DNA from: Alphaproteobacteria bacterium
GTDB lineage: Bacteria; Pseudomonadota; Alphaproteobacteria; UBA7887
Assembly: GCA_965216755.1 (NCBI GenBank)
Contig: CBDCGL010000011.1
Span: 1,120,001-1,184,000 of the forward strand
Length of the DNA: 64,000 bases
Direction of reading: 5' to 3'
Positions 43,756 through 53,886 of this stretch are shown one piece after another. A program made the translations under genes and the position numbers. How positions within the stretch are numbered: the stretch's first letter is position 1; each line of letters starts with the position of its first letter. The notes beneath the pieces were generated by a model. That model saw only the letters and a list, made by a program, of their open reading frames with translations, was not told the origin of the DNA and did no database searches.

Positions 43756-44346
43756 TCATTCGTGGCCTTTCTCCTCAATCCGCTCTATGACGACTTCGAC
43801 GCGGCGATTGCGTGCGCGGCCCTCCGGGTCATCGCGGCCATTCGGTTTGCGATTCGCCGCAATTGGCCGCGCCTCGCCAAATCCTGCCACAGTCAACCGT
43901 TTGGCGCCAACGCCGCGTTCGATCAAATATGATGCCACCGTCTGCGCGCGAGCCTCGGACAATCTGGCATTGTAGGAAGTTGTACCGATACTGTCGGTGT
44001 GTCCCTCGACAGCGACAGGCAAATGCCCAGCGGCGGCCCCGGTCAAAACGACGGCGAGTTCTTTCAATTTGCCTTCCGCGGCGTCCGTTAACACGAACTT
44101 GTCAAATCCGAAGAATATGTTGCGCAGATAGACGACGACGCCCCGGTCGGTCCGAGTCGCAGTCAAACCATATCGCTTGAACTCGTCGACAATCGCCTGC
44201 GAATCAAAGCCTTCAGTGACACTGCCGGGTGGGGTCTGACACCCGGAAGCGACCAGCAGCATCGCGCCCGCCGTCATCGTAATGACGAGGCGTCGAGCGT
44301 TACCGGACGGCCAATTTGGCCGATTTTTCAGGGAGTCATCAAGCAT
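43756..44346 (-). CDS. OmpA-domain lipoprotein
   Basis: VASGC lipobox, FGFDK, EGHTD, LSEARA, GFGE, NRRVE. Confidence 0.92.
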   Translation of the reverse strand: MLDDSLKNRPNWPSGNARRLVITMTAGAMLLVASGCQTPPGSVTEGFDSQAIVDEFKRYGLTATRTDRGVVVYLRNIFFGFDKFVLTDAAEGKLKELAVVLTGAAAGHLPVAVEGHTDSIGTTSYNARLSEARAQTVASYLIERGVGAKRLTVAGFGEARPIAANRKPNGRDDPEGRARNRRVEVVIERIEEKGHE

Positions 44347-44699
44347 ACGGGATCCTCAAAAATCTCACGCACGCCGGTCAATTCAGTTCTTGACATCCAT
44401 GCCATCCATCATCGACCAAGCGGTTCGGACTGTCGTCTCCCGCACCCGACAAACCGACTCAAACGGTGGCAAAGATAAGTATTCATTGCGAAATCGCAAT
44501 AAAAAACTTTATGACATGTGTAAATACCGCGAGAATCAAGAACACGGGTTAAGTCAATGGCCAAATTAGCTGGTGACGTTCCTTAACACTTCCACGTATG
44601 TCTTCAGCGCGCTCCCGTTCACGCGTCCGTCCGGGCTATAACTATCTTACTTTGAAATATGAAAACTAACATATAAGTTATTGATCAAAAATGATTTTA

Positions 44700-45176
44700 T
44701 CATCCCGACTCCGTTTTCCTTCGGCTGACGGCGAATGGCAGCTTAACAAGCTCATACGCGATCAACGCCAAGACGATCCCACTGGCGGCATAGATCAGAC
44801 TTGCTGCATCAAGAGGCAACGCAGGCTGAAAACTCTCTAGCGTGGCCTTGGCGATGTCAGTGTCGACATGCGCGAAAAACTGAAACGGCCGATCAACAAG
44901 TCCGGCCTTCGCGATGGCATCGTGGCTTTCGTTGAGTTGTGTAACCCGGCGGTCGGCCGCAGAAACCAGCAAGGCCAGGGCATCCGGTCCGAGTTGTGCG
45001 TATAAATCGTCAGACACAATCTGCTCGTGGGTCCGGCGGGCCTCGTCCAGATGCCCCCCGAGTCTTTGAAGATACTGTTGAATAAAGGCAAAGAGCTGCG
45101 ACGCCGCGGCGCCGGCTAGAACAGCTAAACCGGTCCCCAACAGAGTATCCAGGCGGCGCATGAACCAGCGATGCAT
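44700..45176 (-). CDS. DUF2937-like membrane protein
   Basis: SQ..F.QQYLQRLGGHLDE signature between two TM segments. Confidence 0.75.
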   Translation of the reverse strand: MHRWFMRRLDTLLGTGLAVLAGAAASQLFAFIQQYLQRLGGHLDEARRTHEQIVSDDLYAQLGPDALALLVSAADRRVTQLNESHDAIAKAGLVDRPFQFFAHVDTDIAKATLESFQPALPLDAASLIYAASGIVLALIAYELVKLPFAVSRRKTESG

Positions 45177-45290
45177 ATGGTTGCCTTGCAAATCCTGCCA
45201 TTGATAAAGGATGATTTGTGGCAAAGTTCAATGGCTAATGTACCGAAGCTCGGTCCAAACCGAGCAGCGTTCGGACCGAAAACGACGCAT

Positions 45291-46181
45291 CTATGGCGGC
45301 CCGACGTCCGCGGCACAGCGAAATCCGACCATATCCAAACCGATATCCGGGGGGTTTCCATGGCGATATGCCGTCCGTAGACAATAGGGATTATTTCCCC
45401 AACCGCCGCCGCGCAGGACGACATGGCCGGGATGACCCGGAAAACCGCTCGATGTCCATTCCCATACGTTCCCCGCCATGTCGAGCAACCCGAACGGCGA
45501 CTGCCCGTCGGGATAGCTGCCAACCGGCGCGGTGCGCAAATAGCCGTCGGTCGGATCGGCCGCACAGCATGGCACTGTTCCGAAATTTGCTTTCGGATCA
45601 GACGTTTGGGTCGGTTCCGCGGACCCCCAAGGATAGCGTCGCCGATCCGTGCCGCGAGCACCAAATTCCCATTCCACTTCCGTGGGCAGGCGATAGCCAT
45701 AATGGGCGCAAAAGGCAGCGGCGTCGCGCGCAGAAATTTGTATGACCGGATGATCCCGCCTGCTGTGAATATGGTCAGCGGGTCCATGGGGGTGACGCCA
45801 ATTCGCATCACTGCTGGCCCGCCATGTCTTCCACCAGACGTGACCACTACTTTTTCGTTCGACGTCAGTCGTATAGCCGATTGTCTCGACGAACCGTTCG
45901 AATTGATCGTTGGTGACCTCGTGGCGCATGATTCGGAATGGCTGGACAGTTCTCAAACGCGGGGTTTCGTTCGGATTGCCGCGATCGTCACCCATAACGA
46001 ATTTACCACCGGGGACAAAGACCATGTTCAAGTCGATGGCGGTCGGACCAAGTTGGTCGGCCAGTGCCCCAGCCATCGGCGCAACAGCCCAGGTGAGGCA
46101 CGTGACGACGCGGCATGCGGTTTTTGAAATGCTTGCTGTAAACAAGCTTCGATAGACTCCATCGTCGCGCGCAACGAACAC
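45291..46181 (-). CDS. Formylglycine-generating enzyme (SUMF1/EgtB/PvdO) fold protein
   Basis: GGKFVMG, HEVTN, HPV, RLPTEVEWEF, DMAGNVWEW, GFRC; start uncertain. Confidence 0.9.
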   Translation of the reverse strand: MFVARDDGVYRSLFTASISKTACRVVTCLTWAVAPMAGALADQLGPTAIDLNMVFVPGGKFVMGDDRGNPNETPRLRTVQPFRIMRHEVTNDQFERFVETIGYTTDVERKSSGHVWWKTWRASSDANWRHPHGPADHIHSRRDHPVIQISARDAAAFCAHYGYRLPTEVEWEFGARGTDRRRYPWGSAEPTQTSDPKANFGTVPCCAADPTDGYLRTAPVGSYPDGQSPFGLLDMAGNVWEWTSSGFPGHPGHVVLRGGGWGNNPYCLRTAYRHGNPPDIGLDMVGFRCAADVGPP

Positions 46182-46274
46182 GTCGCGCCTGCACCGGATC
46201 GCCGCTAGAATATTGTGGCAATTCACCGGACTGAACAATCAATGCCGCGGGCAAAATTGCAGCGGGAGGCCCCT

Positions 46275-47681
46275 ATGACCGACGACCTGTGCATGATGTC
46301 CGCGACCGATCTTTTGCAACGGTACCGTGACAAGACTTTATCGCCGGTCGACGTCACGCGCGCGGTTCTAGCGCGGATCGACCGCCTCAATTCCAATTAC
46401 AATGCTTTCGTGCTTGTCGATCCAGAGCGCGCGTTGGCCGACGCCGCGGCGTCCGAGGCGCGTTGGGCCGCCGGCCAACCGGCCGGTCTGATCGACGGTG
46501 TTCCGGCAACCATTAAAGATCTCATGTTGTCAAAGGGCTGGCCGACACGGCGTGGATCAAGAACGACCGATCCCGATGGCCCGTGGGACGAAGACACGCC
46601 GTGCGTGGCACGTATGCGCGACCATGGCGCCGTTTTCTTGGGCAAGACCACGACCCCGGAATTCGGCTGGAAAGGCGTCACCGACAGCCCGTTGACCGGC
46701 ACCACGCGAAATCCATGGAACCCCGAACGGACATCTGGCGGCAGCAGTGGTGGCGCAGCGGTTGCCGCGGCGCTCGGTTTCGGCGCGCTCCACGTCAGCT
46801 CCGACGGCGGCGGATCGATACGTATGCCTGGCGCGTTTTGCGGGGTGTTTGGCATCAAACCGACGTTTGGTGTTGTTCCGGCTTATCCGGCGAGCGTCAT
46901 GGGCACGTTGTCGCATCATGGGCCGACAGCGCGTACCGTCGCCGATGCCGCTTTGATGTTGACCGTGATAAGCGCGCCGGATGTCCGGGATTGGTACGCC
47001 GTTCCGCCTGCCATGGGCGATGTGCGCAACGACTTAGAGGGCGGAATCAAAGGTTTACGTATCGCCTATAGTCGAAACCTCGGCTATGCCCGGGTTGACA
47101 ACGAGGTCGGAGAGCGCGTCGATTCGGCAGTGGAAACACTGGCGGAACTGGGTGCCGATATTGACGAGATCGACCCCGGCTTTCCGTCGCCTGAATCACT
47201 GATGGAACGGATCTGGTGCGTCGGGTTGGCCGTGTTGGTGGATGGTATGTCGGAATCTCAGCGGGCACTAATGGATGCGCCGATCTTGGACCTGGCCGAA
47301 CGCGGACGTGCCATGAACGCACCCGATGGGCGCCGAAATGAACAGGAACGCGAAGCGCTCGGCGCGCATATGAGCCGGTTTCACGACGAATATGACCTCT
47401 TGATTACGCCGCAGCTGCCGCTTGTGGCGTTTGAAGCCGGACATGAAGTGCCACCGGGGCGCGAATTCGAACGCTGGTGGCATTGGTCGCCGTTTACCTA
47501 TCCGTTTAACCTCACACAGCAGCCAGCAGCGACAGTGCCATGTGGGTTAACGGCTTCCGGCCTACCGGCTGCGCTACAGATCGTCGGGCCGAAATTTGAC
47601 GATGCGAAGGTCCTGCGCGCAAGTCGTGCTTTTGAATCGGCCCGGCCTTTCCCGATGCCGCCCGCCGCGGAAGCGACGTGA
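46275..47681 (+). CDS. Amidase signature family enzyme
   Basis: IKD, GKTTTPEFG, GGSSGG, DGGGSIR; ATG after GGGAGG. Confidence 0.95.
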   Translation: MTDDLCMMSATDLLQRYRDKTLSPVDVTRAVLARIDRLNSNYNAFVLVDPERALADAAASEARWAAGQPAGLIDGVPATIKDLMLSKGWPTRRGSRTTDPDGPWDEDTPCVARMRDHGAVFLGKTTTPEFGWKGVTDSPLTGTTRNPWNPERTSGGSSGGAAVAAALGFGALHVSSDGGGSIRMPGAFCGVFGIKPTFGVVPAYPASVMGTLSHHGPTARTVADAALMLTVISAPDVRDWYAVPPAMGDVRNDLEGGIKGLRIAYSRNLGYARVDNEVGERVDSAVETLAELGADIDEIDPGFPSPESLMERIWCVGLAVLVDGMSESQRALMDAPILDLAERGRAMNAPDGRRNEQEREALGAHMSRFHDEYDLLITPQLPLVAFEAGHEVPPGREFERWWHWSPFTYPFNLTQQPAATVPCGLTASGLPAALQIVGPKFDDAKVLRASRAFESARPFPMPPAAEAT

Positions 47682-47724
47682 CGACGTGGTCAGTGGCAGA
47701 GCAGACGCAGGTCAACCAGTCGGA

Positions 47725-48027
47725 TCATGAGGCCATCGCGTCGGCGCTGGGGAAATCCGTATAACGGCAAGACAGTGACAAACGCGGTCGATTGGGCTGG
47801 CGTGGCACGCGCCGGCTGACCAACCGCGGCGCCCGACCGCCGACCCATTTGCGTTTCTCCAGATCGCAGATCAAGCGCTGGTCGACAACTTCACCCAGAT
47901 ACCGACCGTCATGGTCGTAAACGCGATTCTCATCAAACATGCCGACGCATTGACCGGAATGCGTGAATAAGTGCTTGTTGTTACGGTATCCGAAGAACTG
48001 GCCTCGCCAAGTCCACAACGGTGTCAT
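47725..48027 (-). CDS. Small beta-repeat protein (four-fold beta-flower-like)
   Basis: Repeated [W/F/Y]xxxGxxxG units: WTWRGQFFG, FTHSGQCVG, YDHDGRYLG. Confidence 0.65.
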   Translation of the reverse strand: MTPLWTWRGQFFGYRNNKHLFTHSGQCVGMFDENRVYDHDGRYLGEVVDQRLICDLEKRKWVGGRAPRLVSRRVPRQPNRPRLSLSCRYTDFPSADAMAS

Positions 48028-48367
48028 TCCTGCAACCTCACCTTGCCACTCTGACGGTTGTATATTCCACCTGAACTATCGTCTAACGCGTTGATGCAAA
48101 TAATATTTACTTATTTTCGATAAAATTAAAAATATTGCGATCTGGGCCGGTTGTCATGGTTCAAGCGAACCATGGCTGGGGCCGACGACGCCGAACGCGG
48201 TCGGCCGATATCGGCTGGGCGAGCCGACGGATGGCTCTACATCTCTTCACGAAATCGTGTCGCGACAGCGTGGGCTAAATCACAGCCCGCGCACCGACAG
48301 CGCGCGATCCTATTGTTGCGAAAGCCGCCGACATCGCCAATTGGGAACGTTGAGTGTGACAAATCAA

Positions 48368-48565
48368 ATGTTTATCGCTGCTCGCCAAACGAAAATCGCG
48401 CTATTTGCTGGATTTATCGCGCTGTCGCTGACGGCTTGTGCCGGCCACCCTGCATCGAAATTTGCAGCCTCGGGCCAATCACATTCGGCGACGACCGCGC
48501 ACCCCTATGTCGCGTCCGATGCGGCTGTCAGCAACCGCGATCGTTTCCCCGGCGTACCACGATAA
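48368..48565 (+). CDS. Small lipoprotein of unknown function
   Basis: Basic N-terminus, hydrophobic core, LTAC lipobox. Confidence 0.55.
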   Translation: MFIAARQTKIALFAGFIALSLTACAGHPASKFAASGQSHSATTAHPYVASDAAVSNRDRFPGVPR

Positions 48566-48781
48566 GCTCCTCGGCCCGTCATATCGGTCTGGATTCACGA
48601 ACCGTATTGGCGATAGTGCCGGATTAGATCGGCTGACACGTTCCTCCATTTGACGCATCGTGTTCATGGCCCACCTAGGGCGTTGAACGCACGTCGCCAT
48701 TCGGCGAAAGGCTATCCCCCACAACATCCGTTCCTGTAAAGTGACGCCGCTGCTTTCGCGGAACTACAATGGGATCGGTTT

Positions 48782-49771
48782 ATGCCCTTGGACGTCAAAG
48801 AGATTGACGCCATGGTTGGGGAACATAGCCGCTTTGTCGGCGAGCTCATGACCGCCATGGAATCAGTAATCGTCGGCCAGCGTTACATGTTGGAGCGGCT
48901 GCTCGTCGGATTGCTTGCAAACGGTCATGTGCTGTTAGAGGGATTGCCAGGATTGGCCAAGACCCTTGCTGTAACGACGCTGGCACAGGCCCTGCACGCA
49001 TCATATCAGCGCGTTCAGTTCACGCCCGACCTGTTGCCCGCGGACTTGGTCGGGACATTGATTTACCAGCCACAATCCGGCGATTTCAAAGTCCGAAAAG
49101 GGCCGATCTTCGCCAACTTGGTGCTGGCCGACGAGATCAATCGGGCACCAGCCAAGGTGCAAAGTGCCTTGCTCGAGGCAATGCAAGAGAAACAGGTCAC
49201 GATCGGCGACGACAGCTACCAACTGCCGCAGCCTTTCTTGGTCTTGGCGACCCAGAACCCGCTTGAGCTTGAAGGCACCTATCCGTTGCCCGAAGCGCAA
49301 GTGGATCGATTCATGCTCAAATTGACAGTCGACTACCCGAGCCGGGACGAAGAACTCGAGATCCTCGACCGCATGGCCAGCACCCAACCCATTGCCGACG
49401 TCGACGCCGTGGTGACGACGGACGCGATTGTTGCGGCGCGCGATGTTGTCGATCGCATCTATATCGATGATAAGATTAAGCAATATATCGTCGACATTGT
49501 TCTTGCCACGCGCAAGCCGAGCAATTTCGGGCTCGACGTCGACCCGTATGTCGACTTTGGTGCGTCGCCACGCGCGACGATCTACCTGGCACTCGCATCA
49601 AAAGCCTATGCGTTCCTTCAGGGACGTGGCTATGTCATTCCGCAAGACATCAAATCCATCGGCATGGATATTCTGCGCCATCGTGTCATCACCAGCTACG
49701 AGGCCGAAGCCGCGGACGTATCACCCACAGACTTGATCCAGCAAGTCTTTGATCACCTGCCGGTACCCTAG
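48782..49771 (+). CDS. moxR: MoxR-family AAA+ ATPase
   Basis: GLPGLAKT, RVQFTPDLLPAD, ADEINRAPAK, ATQNPLE, DRF, GASPRA. Confidence 0.96.
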   Translation: MPLDVKEIDAMVGEHSRFVGELMTAMESVIVGQRYMLERLLVGLLANGHVLLEGLPGLAKTLAVTTLAQALHASYQRVQFTPDLLPADLVGTLIYQPQSGDFKVRKGPIFANLVLADEINRAPAKVQSALLEAMQEKQVTIGDDSYQLPQPFLVLATQNPLELEGTYPLPEAQVDRFMLKLTVDYPSRDEELEILDRMASTQPIADVDAVVTTDAIVAARDVVDRIYIDDKIKQYIVDIVLATRKPSNFGLDVDPYVDFGASPRATIYLALASKAYAFLQGRGYVIPQDIKSIGMDILRHRVITSYEAEAADVSPTDLIQQVFDHLPVP

Positions 49772-49789
49772 GCGGCCCAGCGACAAACC

Positions 49790-50677
49790 ATGCTTTCGCC
49801 AGACGTTCTCAAACATGTGCGCCAAGTGCAATTGCGCACTCGGCGCCTCGTCGACGGTGTATTTGCAGGCGAGTATCACAGCGTCTTCAAGGGGCGCGGC
49901 ATGGAATTCGCCGAGGTTCGCGAATACACGCCGGGCGACGACGTGCGCACGATTGATTGGAACGTGACGGCGCGTATGGGGCACCCTTTCATCAAGAAAT
50001 ACATTGAGGAGCGAGAGCTGACAGTCATGTTGCTTGTCGATCGAAGTGCGTCGGCAAGTTTTGGCAGCACGTCTTATCTCAAAGACCAGATTGTTACCGA
50101 TTTGTGCGCCGTGCTTGCCATGAGCGCCATCAAAAACAATGACAAAGTCGGGCTTATCCTTTTTACGGACAGGATTGAGAAGTTTGTGCCACCGCAGAAA
50201 GGCCGCAATCGCGCGCTGCGCGTCATCCGCGATCTGCTCTACGCGACGCCCGAAAGTCGCGGTACCGACATCGGATTGGCCTTAGAGTATCTGCACAAGA
50301 TATGTCACCGCCGTTCGGTCGCTTTTTTGGTTTCGGATTTCCTGGCATCTGGATACGAAACGGCGCTGCGCATTGCGCACCAAAAGCATGACGTCATTCC
50401 GATCTGCATAAGCGACCGTCGCGAAATGTCCTTGCCAGCGGTCGGCTTGTTGCGGGTGCGCGATTTGGAGACCGGCGCAACGGTCGTTGTCGACACGGAC
50501 GACGCATCGACGCGTCACGATTTCGCGCGCCGCGCTGAAGCGCGACAAACGGAACGGCGCAAACTGTTCGGCACACTCGGCATGGACTCCGTTGAAGTGA
50601 TGACGCACGAGCCGCATTTCAGGGCGCTGATGCAGTTCTTTCGGATACGCGAGCGGCGTTTGGCGCAAGGACGCTAG
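49790..50677 (+). CDS. DUF58 vWA-like protein
   Basis: GRGMEFAEVREY.PGDD, IDWNVTAR, DRSAS, VSDF. Confidence 0.93.
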   Translation: MLSPDVLKHVRQVQLRTRRLVDGVFAGEYHSVFKGRGMEFAEVREYTPGDDVRTIDWNVTARMGHPFIKKYIEERELTVMLLVDRSASASFGSTSYLKDQIVTDLCAVLAMSAIKNNDKVGLILFTDRIEKFVPPQKGRNRALRVIRDLLYATPESRGTDIGLALEYLHKICHRRSVAFLVSDFLASGYETALRIAHQKHDVIPICISDRREMSLPAVGLLRVRDLETGATVVVDTDDASTRHDFARRAEARQTERRKLFGTLGMDSVEVMTHEPHFRALMQFFRIRERRLAQGR

Positions 50678-50681
50678 GCAG

Positions 50682-51827
50682 TTGAAAAAGGGGCAAGAAG
50701 AAAGAGTTTCTGAAAGGCGTTCGCGGCGATGCGGCGGGACTATGGTGGCTGCATTCGGCTGTTTGGTCGGCGCCGTACTTGGATTGATCTCGACACCGCC
50801 AAGAGCAGAGGCACCAGCAGGCGCTGAACGGCTCGCTGATATCCGGCTGACGGTCGATGCGCCGAAAGCGCAGTTTGTCTTGACAGCAGACCGACAAACG
50901 ATGGGCGTTGCCGACCGCCTGCACATTGTTTTCTCCGTGACGTCGCCTGAGGAGACCATGATCACGTTCCCGTTTTTTCGGGAATCTCTCGGGCAATTTC
51001 GGATCGTCGAGGCGAAGGAAATTGGTCCTGAGATCAAGGAAGACGGCACACAGCTCGTTAAACACGACCTGATCTTAGAAACAGATGAAGTCGGCACACT
51101 GCAGATCCCATCGATGCTGCTAACGGTCCACGACCTTGCAAATGCGCCAGGAATAGCCTGTGTGTTAATGCATCAATGCCCGCGTTCGGCCAGACGCGCC
51201 GAATACACGGTTCCCGGTCAATTACGCACACCGGTGGTCGACATCGAAGTGACCTCGATTGTACCAGCGGCGGCCCTGGTTACCGAACCGCGCGACATCG
51301 CGGGACCAATTGCAATCGTGCCGCCACCACCGCCGGCGCCAAGTTCCGCACGTGGATGGATGGTGGCGGCGGCCGGCGCATTCGTGCTGCTAGCAACGGC
51401 AGTTTACTTTTGGATGCGGCGGCGTCCAAAGGCAAGCGCAATACCGACCAGCGACCACGCGGCGCACGATGTTGCACTGGCACTGTTGGCACAGCTTGAA
51501 AAGCGTGACCTCATCGGACAGCGGCAAATAGAAGCGTTTCATGTCGCTCTATCCGATATCTTGCGGCGCTACACCGATTGGCGTTTCGACTTGCGGGCAC
51601 CGTCACGAACGACGCAAGAGGCTTTGGCTGCGTTGTCGCATGTCGAAGGGTCTCCCGCCCAGGCGCAATCGCGACTCAGCGCGGTCTTGTCCGCCTGCGA
51701 TCAAGTCAAGTTTGCGCGTGACGAGCCGGACGCATCGGCGATGCACAAATTGTTTTCGCTTGCCAAGGGCTTTGTTACCGACACGGCAAACTCCGACGTG
51801 CTGGCGCCGCCGGCGGCACAACACTGA
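50682..51827 (+). CDS. Membrane-anchored accessory protein of the MoxR/vWA operon
   Basis: Signal segment, beta-rich domain, Pro linker, TM, then LSDILRRY, TTQE, DQVKFA; start may be 50742. Confidence 0.8.
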   Translation: MKKGQEERVSERRSRRCGGTMVAAFGCLVGAVLGLISTPPRAEAPAGAERLADIRLTVDAPKAQFVLTADRQTMGVADRLHIVFSVTSPEETMITFPFFRESLGQFRIVEAKEIGPEIKEDGTQLVKHDLILETDEVGTLQIPSMLLTVHDLANAPGIACVLMHQCPRSARRAEYTVPGQLRTPVVDIEVTSIVPAAALVTEPRDIAGPIAIVPPPPPAPSSARGWMVAAAGAFVLLATAVYFWMRRRPKASAIPTSDHAAHDVALALLAQLEKRDLIGQRQIEAFHVALSDILRRYTDWRFDLRAPSRTTQEALAALSHVEGSPAQAQSRLSAVLSACDQVKFARDEPDASAMHKLFSLAKGFVTDTANSDVLAPPAAQH

Positions 51828-52846
51828 TGCAGATCGTCAATCCCTACGCCCTGCTGCTTTTGCCGGCGGTTCCGCTGCTGTTTTGGTTGGTACAGCGCGC
51901 CGGCAAGATAGCGGCTGTTTCCCATTCCACTGTTGGCGAACTCGCACGAGTGCGTCCGACATGGGCGGTGCGCCTGAGGCGTGTCCTGCCTTTCCTGCGC
52001 GCTATCGCGATGATCTTGTTGGTCTTGGCCTTGGCGCGGCCCCAGTGGGGCATCGAAACCACCCGCATTTATCGCGAAGGCATCGCCGTTACCATGGTGG
52101 TCGACATTTCAAGCAGCATGGGTGCGGTCGACCTGAAGATAGGCGACGAAACGGCAAACCGCCTGGACGTGGTCAAGACCACGTTCAAAGCATTTATTGA
52201 GGGCGAAGGCGACGACCTTGGCGGCCGCGAGGGCGACCTGATCGGAATGGTCACTTTTGCGCGGTTTCCGGATGCCCTGAGCCCGCTGACGCTCGATCAC
52301 GAGGCTCTACTCAATTTGCTTGAGGAAGTCGCGATTGTCGAACTTGCCGAAGAAGATGGCACCGCGATTGGCGACGCTATCATACTTGGCATCGACCGCC
52401 TGCGGCGCACGTCGGGCGCAAGCCGGGTCATGATCATGTTGACCGACGGCAGCAACAACGCGGGTGATACCGATCCGGTGCAGGCCGCCCAAATCGCCAA
52501 GGCGTTGGGCATTCGCATCTACACGATTGGTGCCGGCACCCGTGGTACGGCCATGATACCGGTGCGCGAGAATGGTGTAAGCGAGATGCGGCCGACACAG
52601 GTTTTCATCGACGAACACACGCTCCGACAGATCGCGACCAACACCGGAGGCGCCTATTACCGGGCGACCGACGCGGACGCGTTGCGGACGATCTATGCTG
52701 AGATTGATCGCATGGAAAAAGGCACCCACGTTGCTGAGAGCTATCAACAATATACCGAGCTGTTCCCGTACCTGGTGGCACTGGCGCTGCTGTTGGTGCT
52801 GATCGAATTTGTTCTGCGCGCGACGCGATTGAGAACGGTGCCATAG
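51827..52846 (+). CDS. vWA protein (BatA/MxaC-like)
   Basis: LALARPQ, MIDAS DISSSM, GTAIGD, TDG; TM at both ends. Confidence 0.92.
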   Translation: MQIVNPYALLLLPAVPLLFWLVQRAGKIAAVSHSTVGELARVRPTWAVRLRRVLPFLRAIAMILLVLALARPQWGIETTRIYREGIAVTMVVDISSSMGAVDLKIGDETANRLDVVKTTFKAFIEGEGDDLGGREGDLIGMVTFARFPDALSPLTLDHEALLNLLEEVAIVELAEEDGTAIGDAIILGIDRLRRTSGASRVMIMLTDGSNNAGDTDPVQAAQIAKALGIRIYTIGAGTRGTAMIPVRENGVSEMRPTQVFIDEHTLRQIATNTGGAYYRATDADALRTIYAEIDRMEKGTHVAESYQQYTELFPYLVALALLLVLIEFVLRATRLRTVP

Positions 52847-52860
52847 GGGGCGACCAAACC

Positions 52861-53886
52861 ATGGCATTCGTGACGCCGATTTTTGCATTCATATTGTTGT
52901 TGGTACCGGTCTTGCTTTACCTGCACGCGCGCGCGGTTCGGAAACGACGCGCGGCGATCGCCGCAATTGCTGACCCGGGGCCAGGCCGCGCGATGGTGCC
53001 GGACGTCGACGCGCGCCAGGCTTGGCTGCGGGCGGGATGCATGATTACAGCGGTCGCCATGTTGGGTATCGCGATGATGGAGCCGCAATGGGGACGCGAT
53101 CGGACGGATGTCGCGCGCCAGGGTCGGGATATCATGGTACTGCTTGACGTGTCATTGAGCATGTTGGCCGAGGACGCCGAGACCAACCGCCTGGAAAGCG
53201 CCAAGACGTCCATCCGCGATATGGTTCAGGCGATGCGCGAAGATGGTGGCCATCGCGTCGGCTTGATCGCATTTGCCGGTCGTGCCGGTCTGCATTGTCC
53301 CATAAGTCGCGATTACAGGTTCTTTCTGCAACGACTTGATGAAGCGGATCCGCCGAGCGTGCCGCTCAAAGGGACGGTCATTGGCGACGCCATTCGTCAG
53401 GCGCTGTACGGCTTCGGCGAACTCGCCCCCGAATACACTGACCTGATTTTGGTCACTGACGGCGAAGACCACGATGGGCTGGCACTCGACGCCGCGCAAA
53501 GCGCGGCCGACGAGGGCGTCTCAATCCACACTGTCGGCATTGGCGATCCGGGCCGGGGGGCACCAATCCCGATCTCGAATCGCGATGGAACGCGCTCAAC
53601 CCTGAAAGTTGACCAGTTCGAGGTCAAGTCGACCATGCAACAGGGCCTGCTCCTGGAAATCGCGCGCCTGACAGACGGAGAATACGTTCACGCCGGAACC
53701 GGCGCCGCGGATCTGGTTGGGCTCTATAAGGAGCGAATCGCGCCCAAACCTGGTCGCGACGTGGGCGGTACCCACGACGAACGACGCGCGCATCGGTATT
53801 ATTGGTTTGTGGCGATTGGGTTGCTCTTACTTGGCGTCGAGCTCGTCTTGTCCCATCGCCGCCTCCGGTCGCAGGGAGCGATTTGA
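52861..53886 (+). CDS. vWA protein (BatB/MxaL-like)
   Basis: PQWG, DVSLSM, FAG, TDGEDH; TM at both ends. Confidence 0.92.
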   Translation: MAFVTPIFAFILLLVPVLLYLHARAVRKRRAAIAAIADPGPGRAMVPDVDARQAWLRAGCMITAVAMLGIAMMEPQWGRDRTDVARQGRDIMVLLDVSLSMLAEDAETNRLESAKTSIRDMVQAMREDGGHRVGLIAFAGRAGLHCPISRDYRFFLQRLDEADPPSVPLKGTVIGDAIRQALYGFGELAPEYTDLILVTDGEDHDGLALDAAQSAADEGVSIHTVGIGDPGRGAPIPISNRDGTRSTLKVDQFEVKSTMQQGLLLEIARLTDGEYVHAGTGAADLVGLYKERIAPKPGRDVGGTHDERRAHRYYWFVAIGLLLLGVELVLSHRRLRSQGAI

